Positions 25,998 through 40,751 of a stretch of 64,000 nt of DNA are shown here, piece after piece. The stretch is from Epiperipatus broadwayi (Eukaryota > Animalia > Onychophora): positions 4,340,001 to 4,404,000 of the forward strand of contig JAQFVV010000009.1 in NCBI GenBank assembly GCA_028023455.1, in the 5' to 3' direction. The notes under the pieces are model-generated. The model had not been told where the DNA came from and ran no database searches. It was given only the letters and a program-made list of their open reading frames with translations. Made by a program: the position numbers and the translations under genes. Within the stretch, counting starts at the first letter, position 1, and each line of letters begins with the position of its first letter.

Positions 25998-26803
25998 TGT
26001 TTACAAATTTATCAAGAGTTAATTGAATTATATTCTTTTTCTTCTTTTGATAAAGAATTCTGTAACATTCTGTTTTCCATTGACCTTCATATACAAGATA
26101 TATGTTCTCCATTGGGATCACATTCTTCCATGAAGGTCAAAAATTTGTCAAGATGCATGAAGGCTTCATTCATATTCTTGATTGCCAAACTTTTAACAAT
26201 AAGTTCATTATCAGATTCTTCTTCACTTTGTATTTCATTAATCTCTTATAGTTTAATCAAGTCTTCATTTGACAGAGACTCTGAGTGAGATTGCATTAAC
26301 TCATCAATATCTTCATCAGTGACAATGCTTGCTACAAATTCAACAGCAGTCTTCTTTTAATTCTTTCTTCCAATCTTCATGCAAAACTAAAAGCCTTAGC
26401 TTGAATAATTGATAAACTCACTGGGATGCTTTTTTATGTTGATCTTCAATCCATAAAGCAAAAGATTTCTCCATTTCATCCATTACTCTGCCATGACTTT
26501 TTGAAACAATCTTTGAAGAAATATTTCCACAATTTTTAACATATTCCTTTCATTTTGTTCTTGTTTTTCATAATTGTATATATTGTTGATCAGTTTAAAT
26601 TACATGAATGTGCGATTGAAACAAAAGATTCACAATTTTCAGAACATCTAATTATATCCATTTTTGACTAGACCGTTTGGGATTTTTGAGACCTTGATTT
26701 CTTTTTGATTGTATAACAGTGCTATTTTTTTGTTTCTCATTCATGTTTTTAATTAATAAGAATTAAAAAAATTCACCAAAACAGAAATATATACAGTATA
26801 TAT
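25854..26803 (-). mobile_element. Internally deleted Tigger/pogo transposon
   Basis: TA + TIR CAGGCAGTCCCCTAGTTA; CENP-B-type HTH MDEMEKSFALWIEDQH/IPVSLSIIQAKA and Tigger C-terminus EDIDELMQSHSESLSNEDL...MEECDPN...QLTLDKF. Confidence 0.82.
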
Positions 26804-27120
26804 TGTAACCTCTATAAGGAATAGTATCGTCTAGTTATAATAATAATATGTAACCTCTAAATTTTATAGTATCGTGTAGTTAAGTACATCGATAGCTCCT
26901 CTAGTTGGGTGATCCTTTTGTAACCTTTAAAGGAATCGAAAAGAAACTAATAATCATTGTCATTCTCTTAAGTTGAGACCTTATCTCTAACCTATATAAA
27001 TATTTCTAACAAAATTTTAACAAGTTATGATTTTTGAACACCTATCCTTTACATAATACTTGGGTGGGGTTGAGACTCTTACAGTATTATAGAACAGACT
27101 AAGCTCAGTGGTCGGTTACA
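26804..27120. mobile_element. Small solo-LTR-like element
   Basis: Perfect 7-bp termini TGTAACC...GGTTACA in TA-rich flanks; internal repeats of TGTAACCT at 26849 and 26919. Confidence 0.5.
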
Positions 27121-29299
27121 TATAAAGAATTAGCTACAGAGATAAACAGTTAAGACCAAGGAAGAGCTTAACTTTAATAATATAAATTACTCTAAATAAA
27201 GCATATAATTTTGGGAAGAGATAAAACTTCAATCCTTCTCAGATAAATAATTTAGAATCAAGTACATCACCTTCATCTCAATCAAACTCTCTGAGCTATA
27301 AATATTGGCACTTTCAAAAGTATTTTCCAATAGACTCTTATGACTAACAAACTCTATTATACCTTTAATATTATCCATTAATATGATCGAACAACAATGG
27401 GCCTTTTATGTAATGCAAAATAAAAAATCTCAGGGTTTTCATTCTGGTATTTTATCAAATAAAGTAGTGGTATAGTGTTGCAAGGCAAATGAATGACATT
27501 CCAGCAAGCTTTAATAACATGCATATCCTATGAGTTAATGCATCTGATTAACATCCTAATAATAATCATGCAGACTACTAAAGAAAATGCTTGCTTTAAT
27601 TCAACCAATATTTAATAAAAAAAAATCAGGTAAATAAATTCAGAATATTTACAGCCTTTTACTTAGAATGGCATTCAACTAATAAAGGGAAAAGGGTACA
27701 TTTCATTTCCCTCTCTTATCCTAAACAACACAGATAAAATACTTCATTTACAATGTTTAAATTCTGATAATAGGTTAATAATGTGCAGTCTGAATTATGA
27801 ATGGATATATCCATTGCAACACTTAAATGAACAATTGTCAATTTAAAATTTTTAATAAAAAAAAAAAAAGATTATTTATGTCACTGTTTCTTATCAAGTA
27901 TTAGTGATTTTGGATCTTGAGAATCATAATTATCCGACTTAAAAAATATACATTTTATTTCATTTTGTGGGTTTGTGGAATCAAAGAGAAGAGTTTCACA
28001 CAGAAAAATACACAAAACTACATTTTAATAAATTTTAAAAATACATTTATTACATTAGACATAATATTTTTTTTTTTTTTACAGCACACTAATTTAATCA
28101 CAGCTTACACATCATAGCTACTACATCCTTTACATTTTAACTCTGATGAGTTACTAATTTAAATTCATTTTATTTCAAAATATTGATTCTTGGTTTTGAA
28201 AATTGCACAATAAACTTATGATTACACATTATTATGATTTCTGGCTGAATATTTATTTGAAATCATAATTTATTCTACTTCATCTAAGGCATTAAACAAA
28301 CATTAATGAACTTGAAAATAATAGTTATAATAGTTGGCTAGCTTGCACCATTTTTCATATATTCACATCAAAGCGCCTTTATGATATCTTACTATTAAAA
28401 TCATATAACAAAATTATGAAGATTAACTTCAAGATAATTTATTGCTGCTTCTAACTTAGCTGGCTAATATGATGATAATAACTGTCATCATTACATTACA
28501 ACTGCCTCACACTATGTTAATTTTAAAACTAAGGATAAATAAAAACATTCATCAGAAGTCACACATACATTGCTAGTTAACTTATTTAAAGTCCACATAT
28601 TAATATTAAATTTAAAATTTATGGAACTTACAAACCCCTCGGCGAATTTCTCCATATGATGTATATAAATAGCATTGTGTCTGCGTATTCCCATCATGCT
28701 ATGCTTTAAATTAAAGAATTAAATTAATAAATCTTGTGGGTTTACTTGTATACTACTGGCAAAGCACAGTAGCATAATACGAATATTATGATCAACTAAA
28801 ACACTGAAAATTACTACTTCAATAACTAGCTATCATTGCCATAATATTTATAAATATAATAGTCTACACCTTCTGTGGTGGACAATCTAGTATTTTAAAT
28901 AGCACATGAGGAACAACATCACTAAATAAGCTCCTTAGAGCAAGACACCTGACTATAATAATGGTGGCTCCCATGCTTATCTCTCAAGCATAAGTGTATG
29001 TGAAGACACAGTCTTATCACATAAAGAAAGGGAAAACACACCAAAGATAAATGATTCTCTCCATGGAATCTAACTAAATAAGCTATATAAAAATATTTTG
29101 GAACACTGTCCTCTCATGGCAAATACATATAATAATAATGGGAGATCATTTCCATCCCATAAACATCATAAATAGTATACTATCTGATAACTATTTCTCA
29201 CAATGGCAAGATACGAATTTATCCCTAATGGTAAAGATTAATAGCTTGTATCAATATTCAAATCCACACATTAAATAATATCCGAAACCCACAGGAAAG

Positions 29300-30900
29300 T
29301 ATTAGTCAAAATGACTATAAACACATTAAAATAGCATAGTAAATATTTGCATAAGATAAGGAACACGCACACAAACAATGAGTATAATAACTATTTATGA
29401 AATTAAGTGGACAGATTGATGCAATATATATTCTTAATTAAATGGTTAATGAAATAAATTTGTTCTCAAACAAATTCAAAATAATTTTTGCTACGAATGA
29501 TATCAAGAAAATTATTAAAATTTCTGATAAACACACATGTAATGATTATTTGTCCCAAGTTATAAAGAATAGGCAATTTTAAATTTAAACCCTTTGCCAA
29601 TATGTTTAAAATTACGTGTGTGTAATAAAAATCTCTTGAGACAATTTCAGATGGTAAAGTAAGATACATTGACATGTAAAATAAAGCATAAAATATATAA
29701 CTATTATATTACTTTTAAAAAAAAAAAACTACAAACTACAATAATGATGATGATACATTCAGTTCATTAGTAGTTTCCTCAACAGTAGGCAGATAATTTA
29801 CGGCGTGATGTCCCACGTTGTTAGATAAGTGAATAATATTGACGCATTAGTATTTTTCAAACCAATTTTTTTATTTTATTTTTAGAAACAACATAGCAGC
29901 TACAACTTCACTATGATAGTAGACAAGCACACGAATACGATATACTACGTTAAACATGAACAGATATGGATCCATTATATGACGCAATTTAATATTAACT
30001 AGCTAGTTTGAATATGACAATTTTGTACAATTATTATTAAATTCTAGTAGTTATCCGAGGTTTCATTAAAAAAATATTTTATTAACAGTGTTCCCTCTTT
30101 CTGGAGAAGCAGACGACAAAGCAACATTTCCGCCATAAATAAATGATATGCCAGTTTTTATCAACAAATTTTTAATTTTCAGAAAACAGTATTCAATTTT
30201 TCTGTTTTGTTTTTTTTTATTTAGACTTTGTTGGGTTTTTTTTTTTTTTCAAAGTTAATAATTAAGACCAAACATTTATTTAAATTACTTTAGTTTTGAA
30301 CAGTCTTAACATTTCTATTAGTATTATTTTTAACTTGGTCTTAAATTTCCTGCCACAAAGAATACGATTTATTAGCATTAAATAATTATTTAGAATTTTC
30401 CTTATGATTTCGATTGAGATTACCATTTTTATTTGTTGAAAATTGCTAAAGTTATATTTTAAGTTAAAAGTATTATCTTGGCACATTATTATGAACTTTA
30501 GATCGTTTAGTTAAAGAAAGCACAAAAACTTGATACCTTAATTTCTTGTTCAGCAAATCATTGATGTGTTTTAAAAACAAAAAGGTAAATAATTTAAGTT
30601 ACACTGGGTTTTTTTCTTTCTTCTTATTAGGACACTCTGTGACCCAACTCTCCCAATTCACCTCCAGTTCCGCGCTTTTTTTTTCCCCAATATCCCAAAA
30701 AAATAATATCATGTGTCAGCATTCTGTGTTTCAATTTCAAGTATAATAATACTTAACGTGAATAAAGTTTTTTTTTTAAAAAAATAATAATAATAATAAA
30801 CATAAAATACGTGTAATAATTTTACTGATTTTTTTTTTTTTTTCATATTTTGATTGCTGTTTTATCAGAAGTTTAGAATATTAAATATTTTATTTGCCAA
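29300..30900. promoter_or_regulatory. CpG-retaining, promoter-like region
   Basis: Many intact CG dinucleotides against a CpG-depleted background; CCGCCAT motif at ~30130 like that at the 58.1-kb promoter; plus-strand donor AAG|gtaagc at ~31036. Confidence 0.35.
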
Positions 30901-31891
30901 GTTTTATTATCTATTTTATTTTGAAAAGTTAATAAATAAATTGAATATTTTAATAAATAAAATTAAAGATCTAAAATAAACATAAACACCCATGCATGCA
31001 CACACATCTAAGAATGTAAAACTGATCTTATTTAAGGTAAGCTTCTTATAATAATCCACTTCAACTTTAAATAACCCAACAAATTTTCAACACTAAAATT
31101 TAAAATGTTCATTAAACTAGCTTTCTTTCTTCTTTTAACTTTTATAAAAAATTTACATTATAAACATACACTTTATTAATTAAATATGAATAGCAGTTAT
31201 ATATTCTATTAATACCTTTTATTAGATAACTATTTAATTCCAAAGATATGAAATATTGCTTATTAAGTGAGACCATTTTATCTACATATTAAATGATATA
31301 GTTTTATGTCTCTAGTTATTCGTATTATTTTATCTTTTATTTTCTTTTATGACTAAGTATTATATACTGCACTGTTAAAAATGCTCCAATAAAAACAGGT
31401 GGCATATCACATGGTTACAATATGTAACGTAATTGTACACAAACTACTTTTAAAAACAAGATGATACTGTTCAAGACAGTCTGTGATGATGCTGAAAATA
31501 AAAGTAATTAATATCAGAGAGATGGGAAGATTTACAGTATTTTATATAAGTTCTAGTGTTCTCTAAAATATAATTTTAATTATTTTCTAAATTCCAAAGT
31601 TTATCTTTCTTTAGAAAAATTCAATTATGAATGTATGTAAAATGCATTTTTGTAAATACAAGCTTATAAAAGTAATGTCACATTATATATGACTTGCTTT
31701 TTTGATTATTAATCAGATACTGTAAATTTGTAGCATTAATTACTAAAAGGAATTTTTTAATTATTAAAAGTACTAAAATACTGTACAATTTTGAATACCC
31801 ATTTCTTTCTACAGTTACATGAAAGTATATGTATAGATAAAGATCTAAAATCCAAAAGATTATGTAATTACGAAATGTTTATAACTCAAGT

Positions 31892-31914
31892 GTTCGTAAC
31901 TAGGGGACTGCCTG
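31892..31914 (-). repeat. Tigger-type terminal inverted repeat matching 25854
   Basis: GTTCGTAACTAGGGGACTGCCTG followed by TA. Confidence 0.8.
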
Positions 31915-33040
31915 TATTTTTTTTTTTTGCAAAAGATGATTTAAATTTACAACTCTCTAGATTACAATTGGTATGGGATACCACTAAAATGGGGAAGGGG
32001 ATATAAAATTTAAATTAAGCAATTTAAATTCAAACTAATTTGATTTTTGCATAATAGAAACAATTAAAAGATTAATGAGATGGACATTTAATTAATTAAT
32101 AAAATTATATAAAATTAAGGCATTTACAAATTTATAATGGTATGTAATATCAATTGTAGCTGATGCAGATTAATTTATTTAATGATTCTCTTCAAATTTT
32201 AGGTGAGATTTTTCACTATCTTTTTTATTTAATTAAGAGAAGTCTTAGAAGCAGATTTAACTTTTGATTGAAATAAAGATTGTTGTAACTCTTGTGTCAT
32301 GTTTATTCTTTCTTGATTTGGATAACATTTAACATGTGATCAACTGTGAGATTACTTTTCATATAAACATGATCTTAAATGACTTAAAAGATGTATACTT
32401 GCATGAGTAAGACTATGTTCAATGCAGATAACACCAAATTGAATATCTTAACCAAGCCTAGATGCTGAGAATATAAAATAGAGTATCTACAAGATGTTAA
32501 ACGAGAACAATTGTCTCTTTTGTCTTTTCCTAATAAAAACTGTGATAAAAAGTGAGCTCTGTATTCTATTTAGAATTTTCTTTTTCTTTCATTAGGAAGC
32601 TTTATTACTTTTAACAGATATTTTACAATTGCATTGTTAGACTGATTTATTTTTAATAATAAAAAGAAAAGATTATAAAAATGATCTTACATTGTATTGT
32701 AGTTTGATGCTATGAAGGTCTTATCTGGTCAATCAATTCCGTAAATTAAATACAAAATATGGCAACTGAGTTTCATCTACTATTTATATAAATTTTATTT
32801 CTCAAATATAAGAAAAAGGCAGAATAGTTGTTCCATTGTCATCATAGAATCCAATTTCCTATATAATGGTTCTCATGATTTCTTGTAGAAATCCATATTA
32901 GCAGATGATGTTAGATAAGGCAAACTTGAAGTTGTCAAGTAGAAATCAGTAATGACCTGATCAATACAACAAAATATAAATGTTATCACCTAGATTTGAT
33001 GATTAAGATAATTTTTCCAAATGCAAATTCTAATTAATTA

Positions 33041-34105
33041 TACCGGGGTCTCATTTTATGCGTATTATTTTAATGCGATTTTGAAGTTATGCGAGTCATG
33101 TTTCTTCTTAATATTTTTCATATTTCACTATATTTATTAGATATCAAGAAATTTAAATTATTAATAACTTATTTTGACTTGAAATACTTTTTTTGCTTCA
33201 AAAATATAACATTATATTAGCACGCTAATGTGAATATGGCCTGAAGCTATATTTAGAATAAATAACCTACTTATACTAATGAGTAAATAATAATAATAGA
33301 TTTATACTTACATATAAAAATATCGCAATAAATATTCAAAAATTTTAAACTTTTAAAATGAATTTTGTTAGGTATAACAGAAATAAATAATGTAGATTTT
33401 TAAAATAAATAACAAAGATTTTATTGATTTTATAAACAGAAAATAATATTTTTAATGATAATGTATAATCTTTTTGTTTTGATTGCGATCCTCATTTTTT
33501 TTAATATAGAAACAAAATGTGAATATTTAAAATTTATTTCAGTAGTAAAAATCAGTTGTCAACAGAAAACCATTAACACAGCACAAGACTGAAATTGGCA
33601 TTAGTTGTGTAAATGGGATGGAGCAGAATATGATAAAAATTAGAGTGAGGAATGGAAAATAAAGTGGCTAACAAGTTTCTCTGGGCATAATTGCTGAGAG
33701 ATTCTTGACTTCCTTCAAGAAGAAGCTACATCACATCACATCGATGAATCTGATTTCTTACCAGTTTACAAACGAACCGCATTCGAAAATAGTGATAATG
33801 TTTAAAATACGCATGAAAAAATGTCAAATTAAATACTGTAGTTAATAAAAAAAAAAGTAAAAATAATTGTCTTGTACCAATTTTTTTCAAATATTTGCTA
33901 TTTTTTATTAGTCATACTTTATTTCCTTATTTTTTGAATGCGAATTTTAAAGTAATTTTTCCTTCTTGCTTTGCTTTTATGCGAATTCTGAAAATTACAG
34001 ACCCTATCCCCCATTTTTCAAGGTAAGTTAAGTCTAGTTTTGTGCGATTTTTTTAATGCGGGTTTTCTGTGGAACCTATCTACTGCATAAAACGAGACCC
34101 AGGTG
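33041..34105. mobile_element. Non-autonomous Tc1/pogo-type element
   Basis: TIRs TACCGGGGTCTCATTTTATGC / GCATAAAACGAGACCCAGGTG with TA on both sides; internal ATGCG(A) sub-repeats. Confidence 0.75.
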
Positions 34106-37100
34106 TATATCAGTTTATATGGGTAGAAGTTCAATCACAATACTGACTACAACAGCATTCAAAGTTCAATGAACATCTGACATTTTTTCATCATATAAGA
34201 TACTACTATAAAATGCTTTGACAAGATAAAAAGACATCTTAACACTTTGAAAATCAGCAAATCTTTTTTGAGAAATTCCTGATATCACCAAAATAGAGTA
34301 AATCATTAGATCAATGTTAAATTTGACCAATTTTTCTTTTAAAAATTGAAACATTCATTTGTTCTTTCTAGCAAATGGAATTATATTTGTAACTTACATA
34401 AACCAGTCATTTTAATCAATATTGTCAAAAATAATTATAATTTACTCTAAAAATATATTTCTTTTGCTTTCTTCCTAAAAAATAAAATAAAATGAATTAA
34501 AATTGTAGTCCATTATAGTTCTGCTATGTACTGATACCACGAGTATTGCAGTCATGTTAAAGGAGAACAAACAAGCAGAAATAAAGATTACACTGTTTGA
34601 CTAACTAATAACTGACATTTATTTGACATAGAGGCTTACAAAACAATAATCAATAATCTTTAATGGTGAAAATTTATTGGCTACTTCATTGTCCTCTTGC
34701 ACACTCAAACTACAGAACTTAGTTTACAACATAATGCAACTCTCATGATGCATGTGCACAGATATCTTTTCTTCTTAAGTTATGCTTTTATCCTGTTCCA
34801 GATCAGTCCCAGGTAGCAAAGCTATAATCTTTTAACTACCTTCATGTACCATGGACATTTCTGGATTTAAATTATCAATACAATTATCTATAATGCTATT
34901 TCTATTTCTGGAATAGGAACAATTCTTTTAATTTAATCAGCTTATTTGGTCTTTAAATATTTAGTTCTTTACAAATAAAACATTTTTTTTTACTAATGAA
35001 AATATCTCAGCATAAACTTATCTGCAATATTTTACTTAACTAATAAAATATATAACTTTTCATTTACATTATTTACCTCATGTAAATATTATTTAGTTCA
35101 CTTACAATATTCTCTATTTCACTGAAACAAAATAGCGAAACAAAACATTTTCCAAATATTTAAACATACCAAACTGCCATATAACTGCCCATTCACTAAT
35201 AACCTTTCTTTTCACTATCTATTTTCACTATTTTAATATGGAGTTTAAAAACAGATTTAAAAATGAGAAAGATAAATGATTTGTAGAGTTTGTGTTATTA
35301 GAAATTAAAAAATTAGATGAAAAATAATCAAGTTTGAAAAAAGATTACCAACTACAGGTGAACTTAACAATTTCAGAATAGGTTCCATCTGGTAAATAAA
35401 TACAGAATTAAAATAAAATATAGTTGTTAATTTTTTTTACTAGTCATTAATTAGATAGAATATGTAGGAATACAGAGAGAAGTAAATTAAGTACATAAAA
35501 CTATGCTTATCAGATCATAATATTAGTGATGAAAAAATTCCAAGATAGAGCAAAAAGATCTGAAAAGATGATAAGAAATTAAAAGATAATCAGAGTATTA
35601 CTAAGGTTTAATAAAAGATTACTGAAAATGGCATGTTTAATATTAGAACAAAAAAAAGTAATAATAATAAAGTACAAAAAAGGAATTATAGAAAAAATAA
35701 TGCACAAACAAAAAAAATAGGACTAATATTAAAAACTAAAAAAAAAAAAAAAAAAGAAAATATAATGATAAAAACAATACAGAAAAATAATACAATTATA
35801 AATAACAATAAGAGTAAGATGATAGACAAAAAAAAATACAAATATGAGGATTAATATAATTAATAAGCAAAAATAAAAACAAATTGAGAAATGGAATGTG
35901 ATGAATAAAAAGTAAATGATGAAAATCAGTTGTCAAAAAATTTAGAAGAAATGAAAAAAAAAATGAAAAAAATTGTGCTATTATAGTAGATAATATAAGA
36001 CAAAATATAAAAAACAGTTATTTGGAATAAATGAATAGCAGAGTATTTATATAATACTACATGGAATAAAATATATAATCTGCACCACCACCCCCTATAT
36101 ATTCATAGGTCACTTATCTGCATTTCAAACATATATATTGCAATGGTTAAAGTAGTTTACCAGCAGTCATACTTACAAGCATGCTAACCATACAGAGTTA
36201 TTTTCTCTTTTAAATAGTCTGGTGGTCGCAATATAACATGTATATTAGATTTGGTATATAAATATTTTATAATTTTATTCAAATTATTAATCAATTAATG
36301 ATCAATAATCAAATAAACAAAATATATATTTAAGAAACAAAATAATTTATTAAAAAAAAAAAACAACAATAATTTTGTTGCAACAGCCATTAATATTCAA
36401 ATTCATATATGAAAATTAGCCAATACATACATGATTGACAAGCTACCATATTGCCAAACTAACCTTAGCCAACACTGATATAAATAGCAATTCAATAACG
36501 TATACACTGAGGACTTATAAAAGAAATTAATAGGTAAAATGCCTGTTAAAGATAAATAAAGTGAACACTATAATAAAAGTAACATTAAAAGAGCAACCAT
36601 ATTTAAGAGCCATATATATATAAAATATTTAAATAATATCAATACTAATTCATTGATCTAGTTATACTCATTAATATATAACAATATCACTCATGCTCTC
36701 ATAAAGATATTTACTAAAAACTAAATCTATATAAATAAAGCCATAGAAAATTTATACCTGGTACCAATAATATCAAATTAAATATATTCAACCACACAAT
36801 ATCTAAACTGTTAATACATGCAACATTGGCCAACTCTCATATATAAAATAAATATTCATTACAAACATCATTATAAATTTAAAATTATAAGTAAATATCT
36901 TTAAATAACCAAAATTATTATCTTTTAAAATATGCATTAAAAAATGATAATCATCATCAACCATTATTAATCCACTGCAGGATGAAGGTCTCTCCAAATT
37001 CAATCCACCTTCTCTGATCTTTAGCTTCTCTTCTCCACATCACTCCTGCACACTTTCATATTTCATCCATCCATCTCACATGTGGTCTCTTTCTGGGTCT

Positions 37101-38159
37101 TTTATAATCTCTTGGAATCCGGTTTAAGATTTCAGTTGTCCATCTATTATCATCTCTTCTAGCAATATGACCAGCCCAACTCCACTTCAGTCTTTTAATT
37201 TTTTCAATGAGGTCAGTAACACCTGTTTTTCTCTTACCCATATATTGCGTTTCCGATCTCTTCTTGTTACTCCCAACATGCATCTCTCCATACTTCTTTG
37301 AGTGGTCTGAAGTCTCTGCATTGCTTTCCTACTAAGGGTCCAAGTCTCACATCCATAAGTAAGAAGTGGTAAAACACATTTATTAAAACCTTCCTTGTCA
37401 AACACATAGACATATTTCTTTTTAGTATAGTTATGTCTACCAAAAGCATTCCAACCAAGTTTAATTCTATGATTAATTTCATCCATTATGTTCCCATCTG
37501 TATTAATAATCTGACCAAGGTATTTGTTAACTGTTAACTTCTAACTCATCACAATCAATCTTTATTTTCATATTTTGAGAAAATCCATTAAACATTACTT
37601 TAGTCTTTTTAACATTTATCTTTAGTCCTACTTTCATTTGATAACTCCTGCAACATTTCCTGCAGCTCTAAAACATTATTTGCAAAAACAACTACATCAT
37701 CTGCAAAATCTAAATGACTTGAATAATCTCCATTTACTTTCACTTCTTTACCTTCCCATTTTAATTCACAGAATACTTCTTGCAGCATTGCTGTAAAAGG
37801 TTTTAGAGATATGGAGTCACCCTGACTTACCCGCATCTCAATGTTGAACTTTCATTTTTATAAATATTCTTTAAAATATGACAATATCCTGAATCTATAC
37901 TTTGATAATCCAATGCTTTAATCACTGAAGAAATGTCTATAGAATCAAATGCCTTTTCATAATCTACAAAGTATAACGGGAACTCATATTCATTTGTTCT
38001 TTCTATAACTTCTCTCAATACCTGGATATGATTTACTGTACTAAAACCACTTTTAAATCCAGCTTGTTCTCTTGGTTGGTGGAAATCCAATGTTCTCTGT
38101 AGACGAGTTGTAATTAATTATCTTGGTAAAAATTTTGTATAAAACTGATAAAAGGCTGA

Positions 38160-38547
38160 TAGGTTTGTAATTTCTAATATCTTCTTTATCATCTTTTTTA
38201 AATATTAATATTAATATTGCATTCTTCCAACCATCTGGTACATCTTTATTATTTAGACATTTGGTATATAACTTTACTAAAGTTTTTTTCTATTTCTTCA
38301 CCTGCTTCTCTATTAATATATCAATTATAATTCCATCATTACCTGGAGCCTTTCCTTTCTTCATACATTTAATTCCATGTCTCACTTCATTTAAAATTCT
38401 ATGCAATTCGGAAGATGTAATAGATATGAGGTACTTGTTCTTTACTACTATATAATCTTGATAAAAGTCATCTACCCATCATGATGTTATCTCCCTTTTT
38501 AGTAATAATTCCATCTTTTTTTCTTATTGCAGATATAAATTTCCTAC
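38160..38547. repeat. 388-bp direct duplication, copy A (copy B at 40752-41139)
   Basis: The two copies differ at 3 positions by eye (confirmed by FTKV/FNKV and ILCN/ILGN in the ORF track) and flank the insert 38548-40751. Confidence 0.93.
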
Positions 38548-40751
38548 TGTAATGATCCGGAGAATTGGAGACTTAACATATCTGCACTACGAGCACCATC
38601 TAGGCATTTGAACCTAGAAAAATTTATAAAGTAGGCAGATACGTAAGTCAAAAAAAAAAAATTTTTTTTTTTATATTTTGCATCCGGTCGTTAGCCCATG
38701 TCACTAGCTCAGTGGAATAGCAGAGATTTAAAAATATAATCTAAGAGTATATATAAAAAAAGAATAAAATAAGCCACTGCCAGTAATTAACACACAAACA
38801 TTTATTTATTTCACATATATATAAGATTTAAAATTATTTTAGTATTAGTTTTACATTTCAAAATTTAATCTACATTTTTAACTTTGATTTTTGACTTTAA
38901 TTTACATTTAATTACTATTATGTTCTAATTTTACATTTTAATTAAGTTCGCACAGATAAATTTATGAAAGCTTGTTTATAATGTTGAATATACATCGGTT
39001 ACATAGATTTCACGGTCAAAAACATTTCAAAATAAACATAAACGATCAAAATACAAAATTATTGATTACTGACAATTGCGGAGGGAAATTTATACGTAAC
39101 CCAATAGTATTCACCATAAGATATTTGCATTGTCACCAATAACTTAAAAGACATCTGAATAAATACATTTTAGATACTCACCAGTAAGGTATCATTATTT
39201 ATCGAATGTCTATATATTTTGATCAAATATGAAATCCAAAACATAATTAACCGATAACGAATCCATGCAAACGTCTATAAACAACTTAAATTTAATGCAT
39301 TTTTATTTAGTGTCGAGTATGAATAGACTACATAAATTTGCTTTTGAAAATAAACATTCTATCCCTATTTAACCTTAGGCTAAAAGTTGCAGCCAAACTG
39401 GCACCAATCCATCTGATATATCGATGTATTCAATGTAATACAAAATACGGCGGCACCAAAAAGTTAAGAGAAGAAATTGCCTCTCGTCAAATAAGAATAT
39501 GACATCTATCTGACAAGAAGAGCAATAAAAAAAAACTCCATAGAAAGGAACTGCGTTCTCCGTCTTATAATTCCTTCCATAGGCAAACGGGCGAGTGCGG
39601 CGTATATATAAACGATTCTGCCAGTAGCGAATCTCCGACTACATCTACTAACTACATCAATACATCCAATCCATTGACCCAATCTAACAATGAAACAAAT
39701 AACCTAAGAATACCCTCCCCTAATATAACTTTATAAATCTATACAGCCATTCACGCCCGACTTAAGTTTAACATGTATATAATTTAACTTAACGGAAAAC
39801 AGAAATCATAATAAAACTTAAAGAACAAAATTAAATAAATGGAAATGATTTTAAATAAATAAATAAAAAATACATCAAATAACATTATTAATAAATTAAG
39901 TTGGTCAGATAGGTTAATATTGCAATCATTTAAATATGGAAAATTTTAATTTAATGTTCATTATTTATAAAGTTCTTACGGTTTAAAACAGTTCATCTTT
40001 ATCCGTTGCTTGCCATGAACGTGAATTCCCACGCCGTCCTCAAAAGATTGGTATCCATTTCGCTGTCGTTTATTTATTTATTCGGAGGTTTTTTAGATTA
40101 GTTGGTCCTCAATGTAGAAAATGATAGTTCATTTCTCTTTCTTTCTTTGGAAAAACTGAAGGGATTGAATCGTGCGTCTCTTCAATCCCTTCTCCCGCAC
40201 CTCCGCACTAACACCTATCTGTCACATCGTAATAATCATAATCACTAACTAATAATTTCCAAACTTGTCCTTTTATATTACTTTGAAAGATTGACTTAAC
40301 ATTACGTCATCGATGTGATGATCCTTTTCGTTGAGGTCCGATTTCCCAATGGATTTATTTCATTTGCTAAAAGTTTCTATTGTTTTCCTATCTGACCGAT
40401 GTTTTTACATTTAAATGCCCAAGGCTGGTTTACATTTGACTAATTAAATTTATCATTTTCATTTCTGATTAATTAACCTGTTTTCCAAATCAAAGATATA
40501 TTTAAAGATAAATTTAAAGATATAATTTTATCTCCAAATCTTTTTAAAATTTAGTTTTAAAATACTTTTTCTTTAATAAAGTTTTATTTTAATAATTTTT
40601 CATTATCTGTGCGATTTAATATATACGAGTTTAAGATGATATTTAATTTCAATTTTTAATTCTTAAAGAAAATTTTTAAATGCGAACTTTTTAATTTACT
40701 TTCCTGTTTAATAAATAAAAAAAAAACAATGTAACGAACGTCTGTGCTCGT
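38548..40751 (-). mobile_element. ~2.2-kb TG...CA element, copy 2, with one end truncated
   Basis: Starts TGTAATGATCCGG; homologous to 10809-12782 in reverse; other end stops at TGTAACGAACGTCTGTGCTCGTT, about 9 nt short of copy 1; TATAAAAG (40270-40277) and TGACGTAA (40302-40309) conserved. Confidence 0.7.

Noticed and set aside
28632-28795. Possible extra minus-strand exons (DHNIRIMLLCFASSIQ; HDGNTQTQCYLYTSYGEIRRGV)
   Set aside because: Phase-compatible but require a 47-nt intron and have no recognisable homology; too speculative without RNA data.
35633-35854. Lys/Asn-rich ORF and similar short ORFs across the window
   Set aside because: Products of A-rich low-complexity sequence with no motifs or splice support.
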